64,000 bases of DNA, taken from assembly GCA_964234715.1 (NCBI GenBank), contig OZ174281.1; one strand, 5' to 3'. Shown here piece by piece: positions 37,354 through 50,864 of this stretch (its first letter is position 1; every line of letters starts with the position of its first letter). Below the pieces are notes generated by a model. That model did not search any database, was not told the origin of the DNA, and saw only the letters and a program-made list of their open reading frames with translations. Origin of the DNA: Podarcis melisellensis. Its lineage: Eukaryota. The position numbers and the translations under genes were made by a program.

Positions 37354-39759
37354 CTGTATATTGGCTGAATCCCCATTACTGTTTGCAGTCTCTTCAGCAA
37401 TGAGAAAGGGATCATTTATCTCACAGGGCTGGTGACTGGTATTGGAAATATTTCCCTTGGGAAATCCGAAATTGCTCTTCCTAGAGTCTGTAGTGAGAGA
37501 AACCTCCTGGCAGTAGGAGTGCAGAAATGCTCGGACTCCGTCAATCCCCACAAACTGGGAAACTGGAACTCCACTAAACTTCTCAGTTCCAGACTGTGAA
37601 TATCTCCACCTATGAAGTTTAACTGCCAGTAACACAAGGAGGAAAGTGAAGAACAAGCAGGAGACAAAAGCCACTGCAAGGACCAGGTAGAAGGTGAGGT
37701 CAGACGGAGGCTCTACAGGAGCTGAGATGCTGCTCAGGTCTGAGAGGATTGCAGGGATGGTGTCAGCCAGCACCACAGTCAGAGTGGCTGAAGCAGAGAG
37801 AGGTGGCTGCCCATTGTCCTTCACTAAAACCACCAGGCTTTGCTTGAGGGCATCTTTCTCCAGAAAGAAGCGGGCCGTCCTGATCTCTCCCGTGTGGAGC
37901 CCCAGAGTGAAGAGCCCTGGCTCGGTGGCCTTGATCAGCTGGTAGGAGAGCCAGGCATTCTGGCCAGAGTCCGCATCCACGGCCACCACCTTAGTGACCA
38001 GGTAGCCTGGCTCAGAGGAGCGAGGGGCCAGCTCTATCCCCGTGGAGCCGTCAGTGGGAGGAGAGGGGTACAGGATTTGGGGAGCATTGTCATTCTGGTC
38101 CAGGATGAAGAGAGTCACTGAGACGTTGGAGCTGAGTGGTGGAGAACCTCCATCCTGGGCCTTGACCAGGAACTTAATCTCCCTCATCTCCTCATAATCA
38201 AAAGAGATCAAGCCATAGACAATCCCAGTCTCAGAGTTAATGGAGAGGAAGGAAGATACTGGGGAGTTACCGATGTTGTGCTCAGTGATGGAATAAGTGA
38301 CTCTGGAGTTCTCTCCACAGTCTGGATCATCAGCCTTCAAGGAAAATATGGAGGCCCCTCTTGGGTTGTTCTCCATTAAATACGAAGTATAAATGGATTG
38401 CAGGAAGTGTGGAGGGTTGTCATTTGTGTCTAAAATCTCAAGTGGAATAACAATTGATGTGGAAAGTGGAGGGGTCCCGTGATCCGTGACTGTGACAGTG
38501 ATGTTGTAGGCTGCCACCTGCTCTCTGTCCAGGGCTCTTGCTGTCACCAAACTGTAGTAGTTGCCATAGGCTTTTGTCAGTAGAAAGGGGAGGTTGCTGG
38601 GGATAGAACATGTGACTTCTGCATTCTCTGCCGAATCCTCATCTTGCACATTCAAAAGGGCTATTGCAGTCGCTGGTGGAGAGTTCTCATGGATGGAGCT
38701 GATAAGTGAAGTTATTTCCAGTTTGGGTGCATTGTCATTTACATCAGTAACAAATACTATGACAGTTGAAGTGTCAAATAGACCTCCACCATCACGGACC
38801 TGGACCTCAATTTCATGAAGAGCAGAGTCTTCGTAGTCTAAGCTTCCTATGAGAGTTAGCGCACCTTTGTGTGTATCTAAGTGAAATATCTGGGAAATCT
38901 TTTCCGTGATTTTTGCAAATGAAAATGTCATTTCTTTGTTGGTCCCTTCATCCAAATCAGTAGCTTTTAATGTAACCACAATGGTTCCTATAGGTAAATC
39001 CTCCCTTGCGCTCACTTCATAAATGTGTTGGCTAAAAATTGGTGCATTGTCATTCACATCCAGGACTGTAATTTGCAGCTGTGCAGTGCCACTCCTGACT
39101 GGATCACCACCATCATATGCGGTGATGATAAGATTATGAACTGCTTCTTTTTCATGGTCCAGAGGTCTTTCCAACACAATTTTTCCATATTGTTTGCCCT
39201 TAACTGATGTTTGGAGAATCAAAGAAAAATGGCTATTGTTGCTGAGTTTGTACCCCTGTAGAGAATTGTTTCCTAAATCAGGATCTTGAGCTTCCAAGAG
39301 GGGAAACTGGGACCCCAAAGCTGCATTCTCGCTGATATTTATCACTAATTTCTCTGACGGGAAGGTGGGCGCATGGTCATTGATATCTGTGACTTCCACT
39401 TCAACTCCATAAATTTTCATTGAATCTTCAACTATAATCTCAAAATTCAAAATACATTTCTCTTCCTGACCACAGATCTCCTCTCTGTCTATTCTCTTTG
39501 TGGTGTGCAAATGTCCACTCTTATAATTCAAAGCAAAATACTGAGTCCTACCTGGGGAAACAATGCGAATTCCACGATCTGAGAGCTCCTTTGCATCCAG
39601 TCCAAGATCTCTCGCAATATCCCCCACCAAAAAGCCTCTCTCAGTTTCTTCAGGAATGGAGTACTGGATCTGTCTGGTGATGGCTTGGCAGATGTTAGCA
39701 GACAGAAATAAAAAGAAAACTCTCCTTTTGCAAGCTTGAGGATACTTTGCTGTTGCCAT
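37354..39759 (-). CDS. Protocadherin gamma-A-like variable exon (802 codons)
   Basis: ORF 37339-39852 (track start is TTG; ATG at 39759, MATAKYP). [20 protein letters not shown] and [27 protein letters not shown] are gamma-A hallmarks; donor CAG|GTGAAG at 37354. Confidence 0.94.
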
Positions 39760-39945
39760 TCCTGGTCTGATATGAAGCTGTTGAGGAGATCTGTGTTTCA
39801 GGATGACTGAGTGTTGCCAGAAAGGGACTTGCAGCTGAGATTCCCAACGCAAAAATGTTCACTGAAACTCTGATCTCTCAGCATTTTCTGAGCTGAGCTG
39901 CTCATCTGGGAAGGCTGAATTTCTCAGTGTATTTCTTAGCCTTGG

Positions 39946-39986
39946 TTGGTCAACAGCGACACTCAGAGTCACAGCCAGGAACTGCA
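39946..39986 (-). promoter_or_regulatory. CSE/CTCF promoter element of the gamma-A exon
   Basis: Minus strand TGCAGTTCCTGGCTGTGACTCTGAGTGTCGCTGTTGACCAA, canonical CGCT box. Confidence 0.88.
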
Positions 39987-40012
39987 CACACTACATTTTT
40001 TTTGTTTCGATT

Positions 40013-40154
40013 NNNNNNNNNNNNNNNNNNNNNNNNNNNNNNNNNNNNNNNNNNNNNNNNNNNNNNNNNNNNNNNNNNNNNNNNNNNNNNNNNNNNNNNN
40101 NNNNNNNNNNNNNNNNNNNNNNNNNNNNNNNNNNNNNNNNNNNNNNNNNNNNNN
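40013..40154. other. Assembly gap (N run)
   Basis: Run of n. Confidence 0.99.
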
Positions 40155-41295
40155 TGCACAAATTAATTACTAACCCGTTTGATCACTAAATGTCATGCTC
40201 GTGTTTCCTTGCTCTATCAATTTAATGCATTTATTTGCGTCAATACACAAGACATATAATAGGATCACAGATTTTGAAGGCACCACGAAGGTGATCTAGT
40301 CCAATCCCCTGCAATTCAGGAATCTTTTTGTCCCACATGGGGCTCAAACCCACATTAAGAGTCTCATACTCCACTGACTGAGGTATCCCACATAAGCGGG
40401 AATGCTGCTGATGTGCACACTGTTTCACAGATAAACAAAACCAAGTGAGTATTTATTTTAATTTATCATGAAACACCAAGTTATCCTTTGTAAGCATAGA
40501 AGTGGATTCTTATTCGCTAGAAAAGGAGAGAACCCCAATAACCAACAAGTCAGTTAAACCTCCCTTGGTAAGATTAAGTTTTCTACATAGGTATGTAATG
40601 TGCAACTCCACAGTTACCGCATAAACAAGTATGGAAATTTGTACATAGGAATCCTAATGTTAGATGAAAGTCATGAAAATCTTATGTTTCCATGCATTTT
40701 CCCTAGCTCTTGGAACATTGACTCCTAAATATATATAGTATTTTAAAAACATTTTTACTGGAAATATGTGTGTCTTTTCAAGGCTTAATACATCACAGCA
40801 TCTACTAGGAATTCCTCACAAAACATTATGAGGGGAGGGAACTTGTAAAATAATTTCAAAGTAAAACATTCTAAAACTATTTTTTTATATGAAAAAGGCA
40901 AACATTTTCTGAAAATTTATTTATTATAATTATTTTCTTCAGCAGAAGGGCTGGAATAATTCTTTTTTGAATCTTTCCTAAGTTGTTACATGTCTGTCAA
41001 TCAGCATTTACGGAATGCATGTATCCAGAACAGTTCTTCTTGGTCCCTAGTAGGAATCTGGCTACTCCAAGAGTTCTCCTGTAAATGCAAACTACACATG
41101 GTCCAGCTCTTTTGCGCCACAGCATCACAATGCTGACTCATATAACAGTATTCATCTAGCGTCTGCTCCCTCTGTCTTTCAGAAGTGCTATTTTCTGTGC
41201 TTTTGATTATAGCTTCCTTACAAGTCCTTATAGTTGAATCTTTACAATCCGCCAAATTCTGGAGGTAAGGAACATTTTCAGAGAATCCCATACAT

Positions 41296-41372
41296 CTTCC
41301 TTCCTTCCTTCCTTCCTTCCTTCCTTCCTTCCTTCCTTCCTTCCTTCCTTCCTTCCTTCCTTCCTTCCTTCC
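41296..41372. repeat. (TTCC)n microsatellite
   Basis: Direct reading. Confidence 0.97.
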
Positions 41373-41785
41373 TTTTTTATTTCTTTCTGTTTACTGAGGG
41401 TACAATAAACAGCTTCTATTTAGACAGCGCCTGTTTACTGAGGGTACAATAAGCAGCAATGTTAAGATCTCTTCGCTTCTACTTAGGCAGTGGTGGGTCA
41501 CAAAAATCTGTTCACTGGTATTAGTTCCATAGCAGACCCTGCCTCCTGCCTCCTACTTGCTGGGGCCATGCAGAGCTCCTTCTGCAGCATTTGCTCCCTT
41601 GTGGCCAGAGCAGGATCTAACCACGAATGAAGGAACAATTACAGTAATTGCTCTACCAGCGTTTGGCATGGTATTGGATCCAACAGCATGAAATAGGTTT
41701 GTTGGACATCATAGGCTGTGTACACATGTAGCCTCTAAAATGCACAGGGGAAATCCCCCCCTTCACTTTGTACGTAGTTGTTTGC

Positions 41786-41786
<1 letters not shown>

Positions 41787-41816
<30 letters not shown>

Positions 41817-41868
41817 CTTCTTCTTCTTCTTCTTCTTCTTCTTCTTCTTCTTCTTCTTCTTCTTCTTC
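41787..41868. repeat. (TTC)n microsatellite
   Basis: Direct reading. Confidence 0.97.
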
Positions 41869-42945
41869 CAAAGAGAGGTGCAGGAACTCCCAAAGTTGTT
41901 GAGCTTCTTTTTGGGAGCCGTCAAAAACACACGCCGCATCAACTACCTTAAAAAGAGCCCAAAACACTCACCACGCCAAGTCCCAATCCATCCCAGGTCT
42001 GCCAGAATGCTCAGGAGAGGTGCTACTGAAAAAAAGACCTGGTTGTTTGCAATTTCACACACCTTTGTGCAATAACATCATCCAAAGTAGCAGCTACTCT
42101 CTGTGTTGTCTGTACACAGGTGGGCATGTTTTCAAACTAGTGTGTAATGAAGTTCTGTGTTCCCCTCCCCATCAGTATTTCCTATTTTCACATACCTTTT
42201 AAAAAGCAAATATTTTTCAGTCTTTTGAGAGGGGGTTGGAAACTGATGTGTTCATATACATATACATATCCATATGTTTATGGAGAGAGCTAAGTTGCTG
42301 TACTGCTCCGTTTTTGTTTTTGTTTTTGCCTCTTTCATTCACAGACAGGTTAAACAAGGTGAGGAGCAGTGGCACAGCCATGCAACATCAGTAGATCTGC
42401 TCCAATAGGAGGTGACCTAAGAAAGCATTCTTGGTCTACACATGCATGCAACAAGTGCTTGAGAAGTACAATCTTGGCACAAAACAGATTATATCCATTC
42501 CAGAAGGATACACTTAAAATGACAAATAGCGTGGGACAGGGCTGACATCGGGATGACGTGTGCACAGCACCCCAAAAAGGCATCTGAATCCAGCACTGAA
42601 TGCACATTATCATGCAGTTTGTACACACCATTACTGGTATATTTGAACTCATTTGCTCTGGTTGAAGGAGGATGTCAAAGTACTGCCAGATTAGAGACTT
42701 TGGCAATTAAGTTGTATATGAAAAATGCATTAAATAAAAAGATTGTGATAATTACATTACGACGGTCAGGAACTGAGAGCAATAGAAAGACAAATAAGAG
42801 AGTGCTACAAGAAATCAAGATATCTAATTCAGAAGGATTTTATGATACTGTAGAAGTTTCCTTGGAAAATAACAGAAGTAGTTTGATTTTGATTTGTCCA
42901 CATTAATGGTAATAGCCCCTATTATTGTTCTGTATAATAGCCCAC

Positions 42946-43302
42946 ATGGAGGAGGAGACTCTTGAGAGTCCCATGGACTGCAAGAAGATCAAACCTATCC
43001 ATTCTTAAGGAAATCAGCCCTGAGTGCTCACTGGAAGGACAGATCATGAAGCTGAGGCTCCAATACTTTGGCCACCTCATGAGCAGAGAAGACTCCCTGG
43101 AAAAGACCCTGATGTTGGGAAAGATGGAGGGCACAAGGAGAAGGGGACGACAGAGGATGAGATGGTTGGATGGTGTTCTTGAAGCTACCAGCATGAGTTT
43201 GACCAAACTGCGGGAGGCAGTGGAAGACAGGAGTGCCTGGCGTGCTCTGGTCCATTGGGTCACGAAGAGTCGGACACGACTAAACAACTAAACAACAACA
43301 AC
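42946..43302 (+). mobile_element. 5'-truncated Bov-B/RTE LINE 3' end
   Basis: ORF 42962-43291 is an RTE RT C-terminus (…RRRGRQRMRWLDGV…DRSAWRALVH); AAC tail; TSD ATAATAGCCCACA. Confidence 0.92.
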
Positions 43303-44769
43303 ATAATAGCCCACAAGATGCAATTCCCCCCAATTAATTAATTTCATTAAATTTTCATCTTACGGTCTGTCCCACAACACCACACAGCAGACCCATCCAC
43401 AGAATTCCATTCCATAAAAACGTAAGAACAGTCCTACTGAATCAAACCAATGGCCTATGCAGTCAAGCATCCTGTCTCCCACAGTGGGTGGCCAGATTCC
43501 TCTCAGAAGCTCCATTCTTGGACCACAGCAACTAAAATCAGAGGCACAATGCCCCTGGGACTAGAGGTAATATTGTCACCATGACTACAAACCAGTGATG
43601 GCTTTATCCACCATAAATTTCTCTATTAAATTTACATCTTGCCACTTTTCCTGTAGGAGCCCTCATATGATCTAAAGCCACCATATTCTCCTTAAAGCCA
43701 CCAAGTTGGTGGTGATCACTGCATCTTGTAGTAGCAAATTCCATAGCTGAACTATAAGGTGAACTATAACTTACATTGTTATAAAGAACAAAGAAACATA
43801 ACATAAGAAGAAGCCTGCAATATTGGCCCAAAGGTGGAGCTTGTCCAGCACTCATGGAGGCCAACCAGAAGCCCATGGGAAGCCCCCAAGCAGAACATGT
43901 CACAACAGCACTGCCACCACCTGTGATTCCATGAACCTCATACTCACAGACAAATAGCCTTTGGCAGCGGAGGCAGAACCTAGACATCATGGTTAGTAGC
44001 CATGGAATTTGTGTAAATCGCTTTTAAAGCCATTCAGGCTGTGGGCTATCACAGCGTCTTGTTAGTTATGAGAGAGAGAAAACTTTTCTATTTCTGCATT
44101 TTCCACACTATGCTGAAATCTATGCCTCTCAATTATACCCTTCCTTATTTGCCTTTTCTCCCCTAAACTTAAAAATAAAAAATGTCATAACCTTTTTTCA
44201 TAGGGGAATTACTCCACCCACCTGTCATTGTGCTTGCTCTTTCCTGAACATTCTTCAGTTTTATTTTTAATTCATTTCCTAACAATTTCTACCATGGTTT
44301 TCACCTTTTCCACATCTGTTTTACACTGTGTCAATATCTTCATCGAGCTATCCACTATGACTCCAGGATCTTGTTCCTAGTCAGTCACCGCTGATGACAA
44401 AATATGTGAAAAAAAGATTTCTTTGCACTTTCTTAAATGGGGTCTTACATTGAATTGTTGTTACCTTATTATTGATATCTACATCAGTACGGAAAACTCA
44501 GATTCACTGCACTCTTCCATTTCATTCATAATTACTAGAAGTTAAACCATAACAAGATCAAGACTCACCTGAACATCATTTTCAGCTACAGCATTGAAGA
44601 TGCCCCTGCCATTGCAACTTGAAGGTTACTTGTAAAAAATGTTCTCTACATTATGAACAGCAGGTTCTAGTAATATAATTTCATGTTTCTTTTGGTTCTC
44701 TCATTTACTAAATCAGGTAGGTAAGAGGAAGACAAATTAAAAATATTAGTTTTACTCAGTGCAATTTGT

Positions 44770-44872
44770 CTAGGCAAAGAGGCGCCTAATTTGTTCTCTT
44801 ATAATGGCAAAGGGGCCTACCTGAGAGGTGCCAGAACTGAGTTCTGGTGCGTTCTGACTGAAAAAAAGGTCT
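44770..44872. mobile_element. Fragment of a probable non-autonomous DNA transposon just inside the intron (copy at ~58613-58715)
   Basis: TTGTTCTCTTATAATGGCAA..CCTGAGAGGTGCCAGAACTGAGTTCTGG..CTGAAAAAAAG resembles a common lizard repeat (from recall); absent from the homologous position after the 24.5-kb exon. Confidence 0.55.
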
Positions 44873-44937
44873 GGTTTTACTCCTACAAGGAGCAAGGTTG
44901 TGGTGCCTACATCACAGTTTCTGAAAGCAAAGCTTAC

Positions 44938-47367
44938 CTGCTCACCAACCTCCTCTTTGGCACTGGCATCCCCACAGTTGCCATCCACAAGAACCACCTG
45001 AGAGCTATCATTGCATAGCAAGTTTTCTGCCACCTGGATATGGGGTTTCGGGAAAGAGATCTGCTCTTTCCTCAACTCTGACGATAGGCAGAGTTGGTAG
45101 GAATAAGGTAAAGTTCCTTCTTCATAGTTTGGTGGAAATATGACCTGCGCCTTAGAAAAAGCATTAGGTTCGAAGCATTGGAATAATTTGGGATTTCCTG
45201 ATTGTCGAAGTTTCATGACAATGACCAGTATCACCGTCAGGAGGAACAAAAATGAGATACATGCCAAAGCCAGCACCAAGTAAAACTGGAGGTCAGAATG
45301 ATGTTCTGTGTCACTGGATTGCCTAGTCATTTCCGGAAGTGCCTCTTGGAAGTTCTCGGCAATCACAAGGTTGAGGACCACAGTAGCTGAGAGCGGAGCC
45401 TTCCCATTGTCCTTCACCAGGATGACCAGCTTCTGTTTCACAGCATCTTTCTCCAGAAGGGCTCGTGACGTCCTGATCTCTCCCGTGTGGGTCCCAATGG
45501 TGAAGAGGGCCGGCTCCGTGGCCTGCAGCACTTGGTAGGAGAGCCAGGCATTGTGCCCAGAGTCTCTGTCCACAGCCACCACTTTGGTCACTAGGTAGCC
45601 TGACTCTGCTGAGTGAGGAACCATCTCAAACAAGGCAGAGCCCTCGGCGCCCGTGAAAGGATACAGAACACGGGGGCTGTTATCATTCTGGTCCAAAATG
45701 TACACCCACACGGTGGCATTGTTGCTGAGAGAGGGAGAGCCGCCATCTTGGGCCTTCACTTGGATCTGAAACTCCCTGAATTGCTCATAGTCAAAGGAGC
45801 GCTGTGCATAGATAGTTCCCGTCTCAGAGTTAATGGAGACGTAAGAGGAGAGAGGCAGCTCCTCCATGTTGCTGTTGAGGATGGAGTAAGTGATACGTGA
45901 GTTGCGGTCCAGATCCGGGTCCGAGGCCTTGATGGAGAAAATGGAGGCACCTGAGGGATTGTTTTCAGGAACAAAGACACTGTAGGTTGATTTTTCAAAG
46001 GCAGGGGGGTTGTCATTGATATCTGAAATCTGCAGGGAGATGGTTTTGTTGGAGGAGAGAGGAGGGCTACCTTTGTCAGTGGCCGTGATTGTGATGTTGT
46101 ATCCTGAGGCTTTTTCTCTGTCCAAAGGACTGTCTGTAAGGATTTTGTAGTAGTTCTTTGAAGTTGACTCTATTTTAAACGGTATGTTACCTTGTAGATG
46201 GCATGTAATTTTTCCATTTTCTCCAGAATCTTTATCCTTTACGTTGATGAGAGCTATTACTGTTCCAGAAGCAGAGTCTTCAGGAACTGGACTAGATAAG
46301 GAGGCTAGAATGATCTCTGGAGCATTGTCATTCTCATCTAGAATCTTGATATCAACATTAGAGTGAGCCACTAATCCTCCTCCATCTCTTGCTTCAACTG
46401 CCATAGTGTACTTCTCTGTTTCTTCAAAGTCAAGAGCTTTCTTAATTGTAATTGTTCCACTTTGTGGATCTAGTTCAAATATTTGGTGGGCTGTTTCTGG
46501 GATGTTATTAAAAATATAACTAATATGTGCATTTAGACCTTCATCCCTATCAGAGGCTTTTACTTGGAGTATGGGGGACCCCACAGGAGAATTTTCCCTC
46601 AGGCTAACTGTATAAACTTTTTGAGTGAATACTGGTGGGTTATCATTGGCATCTGTGACGTTAATCCATATCTGGGCAGTCCCAGTTTTTCTGGGTTCAC
46701 CCCCATCCAGGGCCGTAAGGATCAACTGAAGTGAGTGCTCACTTTCCCGATCCAAAGATTTTTGCAGCACCAATTCTGTATATTTATGGCCATCTTCTCT
46801 CTGTAGTATGTCTAGAATGAAATAGTGATTTGGACTTAGCTGGTAATTCTGGAGAGAATTAATACCAATATCAGGATCTTCAGCTTTCCCAAGGAGAAAT
46901 CTGGCACCTGGTAATGTGGATTCAATTATTTGAAGCCCAATATTGCCCTTTATGAATTGTGGGGCATTATCATTAATGTCCTGAATTGCTACACTCACAT
47001 GGAAAACATTCAATGGCTTTTCCACCACAGCTTCAAAGTCAATAATGCAGTGTGTGCTCTCTCTACACATCCCCTCACGATCTAGCCTCTCATTCACATA
47101 CAGATTTCCATTTTCAGCACTGATAGTGAAATATGGCTTTTTACCTTCAGAAATGATATGCAGGTTTCTATTCCTCAGTTCTCTGGCATTTAGTCCCAGA
47201 TCCTTGGCAAGATTTCCCACCAAAGACCCCTTTGCCATCTCCTCAGGGATGGAATAGTGAACCTCTTCCAAAACTGCTCCACAGAACAAAGATGAAAATA
47301 TCAGAAGTGTTATATACCTTCCTGGTGTTTGAAAGCTCTCTCCATGAAGGATTCCTCTCATCTTCAT
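44938..47367 (-). CDS. Protocadherin gamma-B-like variable exon (810 codons)
   Basis: ORF 44770-47391 (track start is GTG; first ATG 47367); donor CAG|GTAAGC at 44938. Confidence 0.95.
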
Positions 47368-47611
47368 TTTCCTCTTCTCTTTGATGAGCACAGGATTTCA
47401 GATTTCCACCAAGACAGGAGATTTTTTTGCCCAGTAAAAAAAGAACTGGATCCTTTGGCTTAATTTGTATATGCTGCAGTGTTTTCTGTTTTCTTTCTCA
47501 GCTGAAACGTTTGTTCCAGCGTCTGCTGGTATTCCCGATGTGCAGTTTGGGACAAAGAGATCTCTCTGCAGAAAGCATCAGTGGAACTTCAGCTGCCCTT
47601 GGGTTGCCGCC

Positions 47612-47653
47612 TTGTCCAACAGTGACACTGTGAGTCTGAAACTGAGAACTGCA
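47612..47653 (-). promoter_or_regulatory. CSE/CTCF element, variant (CGCT replaced by CACT)
   Basis: Minus strand TGCAGTTCTCAGTTTCAGACTCACAGTGTCACTGTTGGACAA. Confidence 0.78.
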
Positions 47654-49441
47654 ATCTTTTCCCAGTGATTTTTCTTCCCTAATTCATGACATGGCATGGT
47701 GGTATTTATATTTAATGACTCAAACTATATTCTGATACAGGATATGTGAACCCTCTTCTGTTATAAAGCAGAAATATTTGTGTTTTGTTTGTGTTATCTT
47801 TTCACTAGTATTACAGGTAAAAAAAAATCAACTTCAAAGGAGTATTTGCAGTAAAGGACAAGCAATAAAAACATAGTATAGATTCATTTCCTCAATTTAA
47901 AGCACTTACAGTTTTTACCAATCTGTAAACCTCTCTAAGAGAAAAATTGAATTTCTCTAGTGGATTTCTCTATGAAGTGTTACGGTGTATAAAGAAAAAG
48001 ACGATGGGAGAATTGAGGAAATTATTTTATTCAAGGTTTTAAAAACCTCCAAGGAAGGAGAGATAGAATGATGGAATCTTACAGTTGGAGGTGACCCCAG
48101 GGGTCAACTAGTCCAACCCCCGGCAATGCAGGAATCTCAGTTAAAGCATCCATGGCAGATGGCCATCCAACCTCTGTTTATAAATTGAATTATGTGCAAT
48201 TCAAGTGTTCAATGTGCTTTAAGTGTCTTCAGCTGGTGTAGTGTAAGAAACAGAATAGTAATGCAGTTTATGTCCTGCATTTGGCATGAACTCAGCATGT
48301 TCCCTTAAGTAAGCCACATTTCCCTCAAGGCTCTTCCTGCAGTATGGGAATAATTGCACTAATGCTATATAATATTATACATTATAAGTATTATAACCTG
48401 GGAGGTAATGTAGCTGTTCTGACAAATCCTGGATATTTGAGGAACTTTATTCAGCTTTAGCTCCAGACTTAGCCTGCAATCTTTTGCACTGCGCTGGTGG
48501 TGGTAGGGTTTGGATTGGTTGGAGCTGTTCCTCAGCCAAGCCCTACCAGCCTCTACTGGCCTCTACCCATAGGGGGTCACTCTGCTGGGGCAGAATTGCC
48601 TGTTCCCTCTGCCAAATGTATGCTTGGTTAGAAGTCATGCCAGTGGGATCTCCACTCATGGCAGCTGATGAAAAATTCTGAAAGGGGACAAGGACAGGGA
48701 GAGACAGGAGCCAGTCCCACTACTGTCCCGTGGTGGCACTGGGCCTGATGTGGGTCTAAGTGAGGTGCCCCTCCACCTTCTGCCCAGACCAGCAGCAACG
48801 CTGCGGATGTGACAGTGGTCTCTTTGCTCTGTTATGCCTCACAACGCCCAAGCCAGGATTTGGATAACAGCCTTAGTCATGGTTATAGCTGATCCACAAA
48901 AATCAACGTGGTTTAACTCAGTAATAGCTCACTTGTCAAGTTGATTTCAATGCTTTGGCCACGTCTGGATCCAGCCCACTATATACATAACCCTAAATAA
49001 TACATATACCTTCCAAGATAGCCACAATTCGCATTTCTTCAGCAAAAGCAGTCTCTAAGCAGTTTACAACTATAAAATAAATATGATCAACCAGTTGTGC
49101 ATCTCCAGCTAAATAGCCAATATCCACGCTCTACTCTAGAAGACCACTGCCAATTAGTCTTGACCTGGTGGTGGATTTTATATCACACATACTGAAACAT
49201 GATTGATCTACACAATACAGGTAAAAAGAAAAAAGTGTGGTCTATGTTTGCTTCCACACCCCAGCATGAAGCCAAACACAGTTAATGGTTTTGTCTATGT
49301 GCCACAACTTATTTACTTACAAGTCTGATCTACATATGATTAAATAATACTACTTCTACAACCTCAGTGATGACATACTTAATGCCAAGATGGAGGCTAG
49401 GAACTGTCTTTTCTGCCAGACACATTAAACAGTTGTCGCCA

Positions 49442-49499
49442 TTCAATATTGATCCAATACTTGGACATTGTTGGGTCCAAGTATTGGATTAATATTGAA
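49442..49499. repeat. Inverted repeat, 25-bp arms with 8-nt loop (1 mismatch)
   Basis: TTCAATATTGATCCAATACTTGGAC-ATTGTTGG-GTCCAAGTATTGGATTAATATTGAA. Confidence 0.9.
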
Positions 49500-50613
49500 A
49501 CTGGTCTTTTCTCTTCAGTGCCCTCCCTCCCAGCTCCACTGAGTGCAAATGAGGACCTTTAGGTATCATCAGCTCTGAGCCAGTAAGTGCTACAGTCAAT
49601 GAGATCATCCGTACAGACGAATAATTGCCATCACCAGATTCTCCCAAATTAGTAAGAATACCATGGAGGTTGGTTTGGATAACTCTCCTTTCAGGTCTTG
49701 GGCTGCTCACTATAGGATTCTTATGTTTTCTAACCTACATAGCACTTGCCAATTGTGGCACATTTAAAAAGAATGGCTGGGGTCCAAATACAGCCAGTCT
49801 TTAATTACTGACTGCCTAGCAGATGAGAAAGCTCCTGTCATTCATCCTCTCATTTGGCCAATTTAGCAACAAGAACAAAATACTACCATTCAGCCCCAGT
49901 TGGGAACTGATAGATCCTGCCTTGTTTGAAGCTAGAAGGAGAAGGCCAGATACTGCCATGCCAAAACAGAGGCCTAGAGATGGTGCCACCATGCCCACGC
50001 CAACTGTCCACAGAGGCAGCGTTGAGAACATGCTGCACAATTTACACCTCCAAAAGATTAAAGTAAAAGCATCTTCTGTGGAGTTCAAAGATACACATAA
50101 AAATGTTGCATCCACATTACACATGACCTCCTACATTAAAACAATGGGTTAAGCATTGCATCCAGTGCTCAATTAAATACCAACAATTTGATCAGTGAAA
50201 TCCAATCTGCACTGTTAAATGAAACAGGGAAACTCTAGATCTGAGGCATGATGTCAAAGTACTTTGTACAATGTTCTTCAACATGAACCACAAGTAGCCT
50301 ATTCAGACTTTTGTAAGGACTCTAGTATATCTGAAATTAACATCATTTTAGACCTAGTGAAGCCATATCATATTATTTTAAATCCAGGTAGCTACAACGC
50401 ACTACTGGTGAAAAATGATACATTGTACTCCAATAATTCAATGTTGTAGTTGACCATTCTTGATTTAAAAGGAAAGAAGGGGGCTATGATTATAAAATAG
50501 AAGCACCAGCACATTGCTCCCACCCCATGTCATGAAATGAGAAGAAAATAATTATCTTCCTCATTTACTATATTATTTAATGTTCAAGCTACTTATGCTG
50601 GAAAGCTGAAATA

Positions 50614-50864
50614 CAATTGTACTTTGGATCCCGAACACCCTGGAACTCGGACATTTTGGCTCCCGAATGCTGCAAACCCGGAAGTGATTGTTCTGGTTTG
50701 CAAAAAAAATTTGGGAACCTGAATGTCTGATGGTGGTTCTGAGACTTCTGATTGGCTGCAGGAGCTTCCTACAGCCATTCAGAAGCTACAATTTGGTTTT
50801 CAAAGGTTTTGGAAGTCAAACGGACTTCCAGAATGGATTCTGTTTGACTCCCAAGGTAGGACTG
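50614..50864. mobile_element. Degenerate Tc1/Tigger-like MITE
   Basis: Imperfect TIRs CAATTGTACTTTGG / CCAAGGTAGGACTG, TA on the left. Confidence 0.55.

Noticed and set aside
41653-42075. Poly-E / poly-F ORFs
   Set aside because: Translation of the (TTC)n microsatellite
49489-50152. Short ORFs conserved at 63338-63992 (and other ORF pairs at 33-36 kb vs 54-57 kb)
   Set aside because: Conservation is explained by the recent duplication; mostly non-ATG starts, frameshifts between copies, no recognisable domain
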